Source: Mesoaciditogaceae bacterium (lineage in GTDB: Bacteria > Thermotogota > Thermotogae > Mesoaciditogales > Mesoaciditogaceae). From it: a stretch of 64,000 nucleotides of DNA. The number at the start of each line of letters is the position of its first letter. Position 1 is the stretch's first letter. Under the pieces are notes generated by a model, which saw only the letters and a program-made list of their open reading frames with translations, was not told where the DNA came from and did not search any database. Made by a program: the position numbers and the translations under genes. Location of the stretch: NCBI GenBank assembly GCA_031962125.1, contig JAVRKU010000003.1, positions 3,133 through 67,132 of the forward strand, written 5' to 3'. Below, piece after piece: positions 20,710 to 29,252 of the stretch.

Positions 20710-21074
20710 AAATTATAGATATGGTTTGCATAGTCTGCCCGATGGGGTGTCAGATGAAGGTTACACTTGATGATGATGGTAAATTTGTATCGGTTAAGGG
20801 TAACAGATGTCCTAAAGGAGAAGCATACGCAAGGGACGAAGTCACGGATCCAAAAAGAGTGGTAACTTCAAGCGTTAAAGTTGTTGGTGGGAAAATGCAG
20901 CTGGTATCTGTGAAAACGGATGGAACGATTCCCAAAAGATTGATACTGGATGCCATGAAATCTATAAAATCATCAAGTGTTGATGCCCCTGTTAAGTGTG
21001 GCGATAAGGTGATAAAGGATCTTTTGAACACCGGTGTCAACGTTGTAGCAACGAGAACGGTCGACAAAAATTGA
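20706..21074 (+). CDS. DUF1667 Cys-rich protein
   Basis: CIVCPMGCQMKV...GNRCPKGEAYA motif. Usual third member of the GlpA-like/oxidoreductase trio. Confidence 0.8.
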   Translation: MKIIDMVCIVCPMGCQMKVTLDDDGKFVSVKGNRCPKGEAYARDEVTDPKRVVTSSVKVVGGKMQLVSVKTDGTIPKRLILDAMKSIKSSSVDAPVKCGDKVIKDLLNTGVNVVATRTVDKN

Positions 21075-21454
21075 GATTTCGTCGTAAAAGTTGATCTTTG
21101 CTTGTATTAATTGATAAAATTACAGATTTAAGATCACGCTTTAGAGAGGCATTTAAGGAGCGAGATGAATAAAATGTCAGATCATGCTTTTCAATGCGTT
21201 TTGTGACCCTCCTACGAGAAATATAGTCTAAAGCTTTATAGGTAACCAATTTCCAGCTTCGTAAAGTCTAAAAAGCGGCGATTTTTTGTGTTACAAATAG
21301 TTTCATTTCATAGACTAATAGGTAACGCAAGTAAAAATTTACATAATATATTTTTAAAATACATTATTAATTCATATATAAGAAATATTTAAAATAAAAA
21401 ACATTAAAAAAATACTTTAATTTAACATATTTTGTGCCGAACAAAAGTTTGGTA

Positions 21455-21483
21455 TTGACATCTTTTGAAGTAAGTAGTATCAT
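21455..21483 (+). promoter_or_regulatory. Sigma-70-type promoter of the perR operon
   Basis: TTGACA (21455-21460), then a 17-nt spacer, then TATCAT (21478-21483), ~30 nt before the perR ATG. Confidence 0.6.
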
Positions 21484-21493
21484 AGTATTTAGA

Positions 21494-21506
21494 AATGATT
21501 AGCATT
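21494..21506 (+). promoter_or_regulatory. Candidate Fur/PerR-type operator (imperfect palindrome)
   Basis: AATGATTAGCATT is 10/13 self-complementary (AATG-N5-CATT). Located between the -10 element and the perR start. Confidence 0.3.
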
Positions 21507-21511
21507 TTTAA

Positions 21512-21946
21512 ATGAAGAAGGTTGTTAAATTGGACAGAAATCCATTCAGGCTTACTTATCAGAGAAAAATCATTCTCGAAGAATTGAAAAATCTTGGAAA
21601 TCACCCAACAGTAGATGATGTTTATCTTTCAGTTAAGAAAAAACTACCGAGGATAAGCATGAGTACCGTCTATAGAAGTCTTGATGTGCTTGCGAAAAAT
21701 GGCTTTATAAAGAAACTCGAGCCTATTGATGTTCAAAAACGTTTTGATGTTAACATCAATGAGCATTTTCATTTTTATTGCACGAATTGCGGTAGAGTTG
21801 AGGATATAATTTTGGATGGTGAAAAAGAACTTGAAGAAGCTTTGAAAAAAATTCAAGAAAACATCAAAAAAAGTGGCAATTACGCAGTAAAAGGTTATAC
21901 TCTAGAATTTTTTGGGATATGTAAAAATTGTAAAAAAGATAGATGA
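21512..21946 (+). CDS. perR: Fur-family regulator, probably PerR
   Basis: Winged-helix N-terminus (TYQRKIILEEL), two CxxC pairs (CTNCG, CKNCK). Heads an oxidative-stress operon. No obvious SD. Confidence 0.8.
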   Translation: MKKVVKLDRNPFRLTYQRKIILEELKNLGNHPTVDDVYLSVKKKLPRISMSTVYRSLDVLAKNGFIKKLEPIDVQKRFDVNINEHFHFYCTNCGRVEDIILDGEKELEEALKKIQENIKKSGNYAVKGYTLEFFGICKNCKKDR

Positions 21947-21964
21947 TCTTTTAAGGAGGCAGAT

Positions 21965-23164
21965 ATGGCTTTCAGGCAGATAAAGAAAAGAGTGTTTTTC
22001 GTTGGAGCAATAGACTGGGATAGAGAACTTTTCGATGAACTTATACCACTTGCTGAAGGCACTTCTTATAACTCTTACATCGTAATAGGAAATGAAAAAA
22101 CCGCACTTATAGATACTGTCGATCCCTCTAAAGTAAATGATCTTCTTGAAAATCTCAAAAATTTAAAGATAGATAGAATAGATTATGTGATATCCCAGCA
22201 TGCAGAACAGGATCATTCCGGATCCATCCCGAAGATTCTTGAACTTTATCCTATTGCAAAGGTCGTCACAAATCCGAAGTGCAAGGAATTTTTGCAAGAA
22301 TTACTTTTGATAGATGAGAGTAAATTTATAACTGTGAATGATGGGGATAGGTTGCCTCTTGGTGATAAAACTCTGAAATTTGTCTTCACTCCATGGGTTC
22401 ACTGGCCTGAAACGATGTCTACGTACCTTGAGGAGGATAAGATATTATTTACCTGTGATTTTTTCGGCTCTCACGTTGCATCAAGTGAGTTATTTGTTGG
22501 TGATGAAGTAAATCGTGCGATAGAGGGTGCAAAGAGATATTACGCTGAGATAATGATGCCTTTCAGATCTTCAATAAAGTCAAACATGAAAAAGGCTGAT
22601 GATCTTGATGTGGAAATGATAGCGCCAAGTCATGGACAGGTATACGATAATCCTTTAATTATAAAAGAGGCTTACAGGGAGTGGATTTCGGATGAAGTCA
22701 GTAACAAAGTAATCATACCTTACCTTTCAATGCACGGAAGTACAAAAAGAATGGTAGAGCGCCTAACAGATGATCTCATAAGGTTGGATATCGATGTGCA
22801 TCCCTTCAATGTTGTAAGTATGGACGTGGGTAAATTTGCCATGGATCTTATAGATGCTGCAACAGTTGTGTTAGCAACACCGACAATGCTCGTGGGAGTT
22901 AATCCCGAGATTGCTTATGCGGCTTACCTTATGAATGCCTTAAGACCAAAAACTAAATTCGTATCTTTCATAAACTCTTACAACTGGGGAGGTCAGGCGA
23001 TAGAGCAGATGAAGGCTATTCTTTCTTCCATTAAAGCTGAAATAATAGATCCTGTTACTGTCAATGGATATCCAAAGGATCAGGATTTCAAAGCCATAGA
23101 TGATCTTGCACAGAAAATTCTGATCAAACATAGATCAATAGGAATTGTACCATCAATTGAATAA
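21965..23164 (+). CDS. fprA: Flavodiiron protein (FprA: metallo-beta-lactamase-like plus flavodoxin domains)
   Basis: SQHAEQDHSG diiron motif, C-terminal flavodoxin-like YLSMHGSTK, ~400 aa. Confidence 0.88.
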   Translation: MAFRQIKKRVFFVGAIDWDRELFDELIPLAEGTSYNSYIVIGNEKTALIDTVDPSKVNDLLENLKNLKIDRIDYVISQHAEQDHSGSIPKILELYPIAKVVTNPKCKEFLQELLLIDESKFITVNDGDRLPLGDKTLKFVFTPWVHWPETMSTYLEEDKILFTCDFFGSHVASSELFVGDEVNRAIEGAKRYYAEIMMPFRSSIKSNMKKADDLDVEMIAPSHGQVYDNPLIIKEAYREWISDEVSNKVIIPYLSMHGSTKRMVERLTDDLIRLDIDVHPFNVVSMDVGKFAMDLIDAATVVLATPTMLVGVNPEIAYAAYLMNALRPKTKFVSFINSYNWGGQAIEQMKAILSSIKAEIIDPVTVNGYPKDQDFKAIDDLAQKILIKHRSIGIVPSIE

Positions 23165-23178
23165 GAGAGGTGATGTTT

Positions 23179-23679
23179 ATGTTGAATAAGAAGATCGAAG
23201 AGCTTTTAAATGAGCAGATTAACAAAGAATTATATTCAGACTATCTTTACTTAGCAATGGGAGCATATTTAAGATCTCAGAACTTAAATGGTATGGCAAA
23301 ATGGGTTGAACTTCAGGCAAGAGAAGAAGAAACACATGCTTGGAAAATTTATGAATATATCAACAAGAAAAATGGAAGGGTGATTCTGAAATCTATAAAA
23401 GAACCACCCTCCGAATGGAAGTCTCCATTAGATGTTTTCGAAGCAGTTCTTACGCACGAACAATCAATCACAAAATCTATTGATGGTATAGCCCAAGCCG
23501 CCGATGTGGAAAAAGATTATGCGACGTCTTCTCTGCTTCAATGGTTTATTGATGAGCAGGTTGAAGAGGAAGCAGCTGCCTTTGAAATAGTTGCAAAGTT
23601 CAAAATGATAAAAGATTCAACCCAGGGAATTTTAATGATTGATTCAGAACTTGGCAAAAGAGATTCAACTTCAGATTAA
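23179..23679 (+). CDS. Ferritin
   Basis: Ferritin-like diiron ligands (EELYSDYLY, EEETHAWKIYEYI, HEQ). SD GAGAGG sits 8 nt before ATG 23179 (track ORF starts at GTG 23170). Confidence 0.85.
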   Translation: MLNKKIEELLNEQINKELYSDYLYLAMGAYLRSQNLNGMAKWVELQAREEETHAWKIYEYINKKNGRVILKSIKEPPSEWKSPLDVFEAVLTHEQSITKSIDGIAQAADVEKDYATSSLLQWFIDEQVEEEAAAFEIVAKFKMIKDSTQGILMIDSELGKRDSTSD

Positions 23680-23704
23680 ATTTTTTAGAAAGAGGTGATT
23701 TGAA

Positions 23705-24100
23705 ATGGCTATTCTTAAAGACCTTATTCAGACAGATGATTTTAAGAAGGAAAAGCATGTACCGGTCATAGAAGTGCCTGCTAATGCCAAAAAAGGCGAA
23801 AAGATCAAAGTTACCGTCAGTGTTGGGAAAGAAATTTCTCATCCAAATACAACCGAGCATCATATCTCATGGATAGAAGTTTATTTCCATCCGGCAGGTG
23901 AAAAGTACCCTTACGTTATAGGAAAATATGAATTTCAGGCACATGGTGCGTCCACTCAGGGGCCGAATACAAGCACACTCTATGCCGATCCAGAGGTTAC
24001 AGTTACATTGAGAACTGAAAAGCCAGGCACGATAATTGCCATGTCGCATTGCAATATTCACGGTCTGTGGTCAAATCAGGTAGAATTGAAACTCGAATAA
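23705..24100 (+). CDS. Superoxide reductase (neelaredoxin-type, 1Fe)
   Basis: EKHVPVIEV, HPNTTEHHISWIEVY and CNIHGLW ligand motifs, 131 aa. Confidence 0.88.
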   Translation: MAILKDLIQTDDFKKEKHVPVIEVPANAKKGEKIKVTVSVGKEISHPNTTEHHISWIEVYFHPAGEKYPYVIGKYEFQAHGASTQGPNTSTLYADPEVTVTLRTEKPGTIIAMSHCNIHGLWSNQVELKLE

Positions 24101-24121
24101 TTGTCCACCAAAATTAATCGA

Positions 24122-24149
24122 GGAGATGGACTTATGTCCATCTCCTTTT
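24122..24149 (+). terminator. Rho-independent terminator of the perR operon
   Basis: Perfect 10-bp stem GGAGATGGAC-ttat-GTCCATCTCC followed by TTTT. Confidence 0.85.
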
Positions 24150-24170
24150 GAATATCAAAAGGGGGAAATC

Positions 24171-24953
24171 ATGGATATAAAGAAAGAAATCCTCGATTCT
24201 CTTTATCAGAGATATAACAAACGGGAATTCATCCATCCTGATCCACTTGAATTCCTTTTCAATTATCCGGATCCAAAAGATAGAGAAATAGTTGGCCTTA
24301 TAGCCGCTTCTTTAGCTTACGGAAGAGTCGCACAGATATTGAAGGATCTCTCGTACGTACTTGAAAGAATGGAAAAACCTTATGATTTTTTGATGTTATC
24401 TTCGCACGAGAATCTCGAGCTTATTTTCAAAGATTTCACCCATAGATATACAACTGGAAAGGAACTTGTAAGTTTTTTGGCAAACTTACAAAATATTTTG
24501 AGAATTTATGGTTCAATTCATGATTGCTTTTTATCAGGATTAAAGAAAGATGATAAAAACCTGCTTTCTGCTCTTTCTCACTTTATAAACATTATTGTGC
24601 CCGACGGAAAGAAAAACTCTCTCATTCCTTCTGCAAATTGTAAAAGCCCGTGTAAAAGATTAAATTTGTTTCTGCGCTGGATGGTCAGATCCGATGATGT
24701 TGATCCTGATGGGTGGAGTGATATACCAGGATCAAAACTTATAATTCCTTTAGACACACACATGCATCATATAGGTCTTGTTTTAAAGCTAACCGAAAGA
24801 AAGCAAGCCGATATGAAAACAGCTCTCGAAATAACGGAAGCATTTAAGAAAATATCTCCCGAAGATCCTGTAAAATACGATTTTTGCCTCACGCGCCTCG
24901 GGATAAGGGATGATACTGATATGGAAGCTTTCTTCAAAATCTACTGGAGCTGA
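24171..24953 (+). CDS. TIGR02757/DUF2400-like protein of unknown function
   Basis: Recognised by overall pattern (HPDPLEF, IAASLAYGR, LDTHM, C-terminal FCLTRLGI); assignment from memory. ATG 24171 follows GGGGGA. The track start at 24126 lies inside the terminator hairpin. Confidence 0.6.
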   Translation: MDIKKEILDSLYQRYNKREFIHPDPLEFLFNYPDPKDREIVGLIAASLAYGRVAQILKDLSYVLERMEKPYDFLMLSSHENLELIFKDFTHRYTTGKELVSFLANLQNILRIYGSIHDCFLSGLKKDDKNLLSALSHFINIIVPDGKKNSLIPSANCKSPCKRLNLFLRWMVRSDDVDPDGWSDIPGSKLIIPLDTHMHHIGLVLKLTERKQADMKTALEITEAFKKISPEDPVKYDFCLTRLGIRDDTDMEAFFKIYWS

Positions 24954-24958
24954 TCTGC

Positions 24959-25642
24959 ATGTTCAGCATTGGCGTCTTAGTTAACACACTCACAGTGATA
25001 ACCGGAACATTGATAGGACTTCCTCTGGGAGAAAAATTAAGTGAGAAATATAAATCCATATTTTTTATATCGATAGGTATACTCACACTTCTTATAGGTG
25101 CAAGTATGGGACTTAAAAGTTCCAATTTTCTTGTCGTACTTGGAAGCCTTGTAATAGGTGGCATAATTGGAGAACTTTTAGGGATAGAAAATAAAATTTC
25201 TAGCCTTGCCGGAAGATTTTCTAAGAAAAAAGATTCAAATTTTGCAACGGGATTCGTCTCAACAACCGTACTCTTTGTCGTTGGCCCCATGACGATCCTC
25301 GGCTGCGTAAATTCAGGACTGAATGACAATAACGAGATACTTTACGTTAAATCTATAATGGATGGGATAAGTTCTGTTGCCTTTGCCTCTGTTTATGGTA
25401 TAGGCGTTTTAGCATCTGCCGGAAGCGTTTTCATAATAGAGGGATCGATAGCACTCTTTGCATCAAGTCTGCAATTTCTGACAATACCTGCTTATCTCAA
25501 CGACTTCACTGGAACGGGTGGGGCTATGATGATCATGATAGGTATAAGAATATTGAATTTAAAAGATATAAAAGTTGGAAACTTTTTACCGGCTCTCATC
25601 ATTGCTCCCTTACTTGACTTTGTGAGTCTTTTGATACATTAA
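24959..25642 (+). CDS. DUF554 family integral membrane protein
   Basis: ~225-aa polytopic membrane protein with the N-terminal GTLVNTxxVxxGxxIG-like motif (GVLVNTLTVITGTLIG). Confidence 0.75.
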   Translation: MFSIGVLVNTLTVITGTLIGLPLGEKLSEKYKSIFFISIGILTLLIGASMGLKSSNFLVVLGSLVIGGIIGELLGIENKISSLAGRFSKKKDSNFATGFVSTTVLFVVGPMTILGCVNSGLNDNNEILYVKSIMDGISSVAFASVYGIGVLASAGSVFIIEGSIALFASSLQFLTIPAYLNDFTGTGGAMMIMIGIRILNLKDIKVGNFLPALIIAPLLDFVSLLIH

Positions 25643-26512
25643 TCATTTATTGAAGATTTTAACTATCCATGCCTTTAAATCTTCAATTTTGGCCTGACTT
25701 GCAAAGACTATATTTATATTTTCAAATTTTATAGCCGTTGAACTGTATCCCTGCATTTTGAACTGATTCACAAGAGAATCTGGAGAAACATCAGAAGAAA
25801 TATTGAACAGATATGCTATTACATTCGATGAAGGAGAAAACATGCCGGCTATCACTGTGAAGACAATTCCATTTATATTCATCGATGCAATCGTCGCATT
25901 TTTAAGACTGGATACAAGTTTCCATGCCGCTATCTCTATAGCCTCAGGTGTTGCGCTTTCAATTCTAAAATTGGCAATCAAAGTGTTAAAATAATTTTTT
26001 GGTACGAAGGTGATGGAAGTGTACATAACAGATATCGATCCATTTTTCTTTTCTACTTTTAAATATTTCAAGATCATGGGATTTTTTCCGATCACCGCTA
26101 TGTAAGTTGCGCTCTGACTTAAAGCCTTGATTTCGTAAGATGGCTCTCCCTGGTATATAAAATCGGAAGTTGAAATCACAGTTGGTGAAGCCGAAAGCAA
26201 TTTAACAAACCTCTGTTCAATATCTACTAAAGGGGCAGGCGAAAGTTTCATCTCACCGTTGTCAACAATATAACTTTTACCATTCAGAAAGACCCATTCA
26301 AAAGAAACCGGTGCCATAACATCAATAAACTCATTCATACCGGATCTCACAACTCTTTCATATCTGATTCTTGTACTCGATCCTTCTTCCACTACAACTC
26401 TTTGCGCTTCAATCGATTGAGAAGCGTAAGCAGTTACAAAATTTGTCACGAGAGATCCAAATGCATACGAAGCAAACAAAGCAGAGGTAAGAATCAACAA
26501 AACTGTTTTCAA
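25643..26512 (-). CDS. Secreted hypothetical protein, third gene of the ECF sigma operon (possible LolA/RseB-like fold)
   Basis: Signal peptide and beta-rich sequence. Overlaps the anti-sigma gene by 4 nt. The fold assignment is inference only. Confidence 0.35.
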   Translation of the reverse strand: MKTVLLILTSALFASYAFGSLVTNFVTAYASQSIEAQRVVVEEGSSTRIRYERVVRSGMNEFIDVMAPVSFEWVFLNGKSYIVDNGEMKLSPAPLVDIEQRFVKLLSASPTVISTSDFIYQGEPSYEIKALSQSATYIAVIGKNPMILKYLKVEKKNGSISVMYTSITFVPKNYFNTLIANFRIESATPEAIEIAAWKLVSSLKNATIASMNINGIVFTVIAGMFSPSSNVIAYLFNISSDVSPDSLVNQFKMQGYSSTAIKFENINIVFASQAKIEDLKAWIVKIFNK

Positions 26513-26961
26513 AATTGATCACTCACATATTTCATTTTTACGAGATAATCAAGATTTGAATTAGCACTCTGAGCAGAGGAAAGAGTTATCCCTGAATTAG
26601 ATTTAAGCATCGATATACCCGCCGATACAGCTTTATCGTAAGCAAAACTCTGCTTTCCAACTGGAGAAAAAATGTAAAAGGCAAAAAAGACTGACACGGC
26701 AGCTGCAGCAAACCCAGGTAGTCCAAAGATCAAAGCTTTTCTTGCCATCGTTCTCCTTCTTATATCATCGATGACGTTATCTCTTAATTTTTCGGAAGGC
26801 TTGAAATTATAAAGAAGCTTAAGACTATCTTTGATCTTCTGATAATTCTGAACAAAAGTTCGGCATCCTTCGCACATTTTCAAATGTTGATCGAATTGTG
26901 CTTTTTCGAATTCATCAAGTTCATCCTGAACGAATTTTTCCCTGAATTCTTCACACTTCAT
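26509..26961 (-). CDS. Anti-sigma factor (zf-HC2 type, single TM)
   Basis: N-terminal C..F...H-x3-C-x2-C (CEEF...HLKMCEGC) and a central TM helix. Overlaps the sigma gene by 11 nt. Confidence 0.8.
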   Translation of the reverse strand: MKCEEFREKFVQDELDEFEKAQFDQHLKMCEGCRTFVQNYQKIKDSLKLLYNFKPSEKLRDNVIDDIRRRTMARKALIFGLPGFAAAAVSVFFAFYIFSPVGKQSFAYDKAVSAGISMLKSNSGITLSSAQSANSNLDYLVKMKYVSDQF

Positions 26962-27541
26962 CGCTTATCTCTCCTCCGATACCGAGTTTTTCCTCCAGCA
27001 GCCCCTTAAGTCTTTCACGAGCATAATGTAACCTGCTTTTCACCGTACCAACCGGTTTTTCTATTATATCTGCTATCTGTTCGTAACTCATTCCTTCTAT
27101 CTCTCTTAAATTTATCAAAAGGCGGTCTTCTTTTGACAGAGCATCTATGGCCTTTGATATTTCTTCAGCAGATATGTCCCTCAACAATTCATCTGAAGGT
27201 TTAGATTCGTCTGCCGGTTCCTGAATCGTGTTCTTATCTTCGTCATCTTCTTCGCCAAAACTCGTTAAAATCTCTTTTTTTCTGTATTTTTTTGAAAGCA
27301 TATCTTTGCACACATTCACGCTGATTCTGTAAATCCATGTAGATAATGTAGAATCTCCGCGAAATCGCTTCACGTTCTTATAGATCTTTACGAATACCTC
27401 TTGGATAACATCCTCAACATCATCCACACCCAAGTAAGATCTCGCTATTCCTCCTATTTTGTCAACATAATTCATGTAAAGTTCACTATAAGCCTGCGAA
27501 TCTCCACGTTTTAAAGCTTCTATAAATTTTGATTCTTCCAA
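26951..27541 (-). CDS. ECF (group IV) RNA polymerase sigma factor
   Basis: Region 2 (DVIQEVFVKIY, TWIYRISVN) and region 4 (LREIEGMSYEQIADII). TTG start. Confidence 0.9.
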   Translation of the reverse strand: MEESKFIEALKRGDSQAYSELYMNYVDKIGGIARSYLGVDDVEDVIQEVFVKIYKNVKRFRGDSTLSTWIYRISVNVCKDMLSKKYRKKEILTSFGEEDDEDKNTIQEPADESKPSDELLRDISAEEISKAIDALSKEDRLLINLREIEGMSYEQIADIIEKPVGTVKSRLHYARERLKGLLEEKLGIGGEISDEV

Positions 27542-27562
27542 TAAATATCCCGCTCCTGCTTA

Positions 27563-27590
27563 TTTGACATGTATTAACGATCCAAGGTTC
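27563..27590 (-). promoter_or_regulatory. Sigma-E/ECF-type promoter upstream of the ECF sigma gene
   Basis: The minus strand reads tGAACCTT, then 16 nt, then TCAAA. This matches the enterobacterial sigma-E consensus GGAACTT-N16-TCAAA and lies ~20 nt before the SD/TTG start. Confidence 0.5.
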
Positions 27591-27595
27591 AAAAA

Positions 27596-27623
27596 TTCAA
27601 AAAATCTCCGTAGAAACGGAGAT
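27596..27623 (-). terminator. Rho-independent terminator of rpsT
   Basis: Minus strand: ATCTCCGT-ttct-ACGGAGAT followed by TTTTTT. Confidence 0.8.
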
Positions 27624-27649
27624 CGTTTGATTCAAAAAATAGCACAAAT

Positions 27650-27928
27650 TCACGAATGTTGAGAAGTCTGCGTACTTAGAGCTTTGACCTTCTTAACCAA
27701 TCTTGACTTTCTTCTTGATGCCTGATTTTTATGAATCGTACCAATTTTTGCCGCTTTGTCTAATTTTGAGAAGGCTTCACTGATAAGTTCAGACGCATCT
27801 TCTCCCTTTTGTGCAGAAGTTAGAGCCTTCTTGATGGCCGTTTTGAACTGAGATTTTTTTGATTGATTCAAAAGATGTCTCTTTTCGGCTTTCTTAGCGT
27901 TCTTTATAGCTGATTTTACGTTTGCCAT
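27650..27928 (-). CDS. rpsT: 30S ribosomal protein S20
   Basis: MANVKSAIKNAKKAEKR... canonical S20 N-terminus. The track ORF extends 8 codons upstream (27952). Confidence 0.92.
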   Translation of the reverse strand: MANVKSAIKNAKKAEKRHLLNQSKKSQFKTAIKKALTSAQKGEDASELISEAFSKLDKAAKIGTIHKNQASRRKSRLVKKVKALSTQTSQHS

Positions 27929-28009
27929 TTGACTTACTTTCCTCCTTTTCAATGTATCTTACTTCAATCGAAATATTATATCACACCATCATTTATAAAT
28001 GAAAAAATG

Positions 28010-28489
28010 CTATATGTCATGTAAAGGTCTGGATATGCGCTTCAAAGCCGAGAAAATGGCAGCAGAGGCTATTAAATTAAGAACACTTGCTATTGTGAGT
28101 GATGGTATCAATCCAACATACAAACCTATGCCACCTACCGGTATGACGATAAGAGGTGCTACTATACCATTGAATATCGTTGCTATCGTTATACCTAAAA
28201 ATCTGTTTATTTTATAAAAAAATCTGTAAAAAATAGCTATGAAAAACATCTCTAAAGCGACCGGAATGCTCAAAATTCCAAGTGGAAATCCAGCACTCAT
28301 CGTGATGATTAGATATCCAAGGGCCGTAACGATTGCACCGGGCATATAGCCAAGGTAAAGAACCGCAATATATCCGGCCGTTGAATCAAAACCTATATCT
28401 CCCAAAGGCCCTGGAATCTTTATCAAAGATCCAACGAAGGATAGAGCTATGAAAATTGCCATAAGAGTTAACATTTTTGTTTTAGACAT
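28010..28489 (-). CDS. Small polytopic membrane protein, ECF S-component-like; candidate alpha-ribazole/lower-ligand transporter (CblT-like)
   Basis: 159 aa with ~5-6 TM helices. Last gene of the riboswitch-controlled cobalamin operon. Overlaps the upstream kinase-like gene by 8 nt. Function is inferred from context. Confidence 0.45.
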   Translation of the reverse strand: MSKTKMLTLMAIFIALSFVGSLIKIPGPLGDIGFDSTAGYIAVLYLGYMPGAIVTALGYLIITMSAGFPLGILSIPVALEMFFIAIFYRFFYKINRFLGITIATIFNGIVAPLIVIPVGGIGLYVGLIPSLTIASVLNLIASAAIFSALKRISRPLHDI

Positions 28490-29252
28490 AATTCTTCCTT
28501 ATGAGATACCCTATTTCTTTTATATCTGCATAGAATTCAGGTTTATTTTCTGCCCAAAATATAACACATGTCGAAGGACCGGCACTTTTGTGCATCCATT
28601 CACCGCCATTCAATTTAAAGTCGAGTCCGCTGTTTTTGGCAAGTATTTTCACTTCTTCAGAAATGCCGGCGGATCCTACGGGTATTATTTCTCCAACATC
28701 AGGAAAGGATCTGAGTTTAAGAAAATCCTCAAAACCAAGGATCTTATTCTTATTTTCAATGACCTCGGTCCCGACCTCCGGATTGCCGGCGACATAAATT
28801 TTGTTTCCCTCATGTGCACCTCCTATTTTCAATGATATGGCAAAACCTACAACTGAAATTGCAATGCCAGTCTGGGACGTCGGAAAATTTTTTTCTGTTG
28901 AGATAACAAGAGGTGTTTTAAATCTTTTGAGATATTTTTTCAAAAAATTTACGGCTCTTTGCGAATAGGACTGATCATTCGAAAAACCCGCACTTACACT
29001 CAATGGCCTTGCCCCAACCGAGATCACCTCCATTAAAGCTGTTCTAAGTGTGTATTCTGCAAGAAGTTCAATAGGCACTTCGAGCAGATCATTTTTTAGA
29101 TTTCCTATACCACCCGCCGAATCGCAAGATTGAACGAGAAAACCTCCTTTGAAATCGATGATGTTAAGATCTCTTTTTATCTTCTTCACCTCAAATTTTG
29201 AAATAGAATCCTGCTGCCATACCTGCAAGTTCAGCCACCTCTTCGATCGCAC
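28482..29252 (-). CDS. PurM/ThiL-superfamily (AIR-synthase-related) ATP-binding protein; candidate alpha-ribazole kinase (CblS-like)
   Basis: DSAGGIG and ALMEVISVGARPLSVS resemble the AIRS N-domain motif. The longest ORF (GTG 29252) overlaps cobS by 62 nt. An alternative GTG at 29189 sits 2 nt after the cobS stop. Confidence 0.45.
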   Translation of the reverse strand: MRSKRWLNLQVWQQDSISKFEVKKIKRDLNIIDFKGGFLVQSCDSAGGIGNLKNDLLEVPIELLAEYTLRTALMEVISVGARPLSVSAGFSNDQSYSQRAVNFLKKYLKRFKTPLVISTEKNFPTSQTGIAISVVGFAISLKIGGAHEGNKIYVAGNPEVGTEVIENKNKILGFEDFLKLRSFPDVGEIIPVGSAGISEEVKILAKNSGLDFKLNGGEWMHKSAGPSTCVIFWAENKPEFYADIKEIGYLIRKNYV

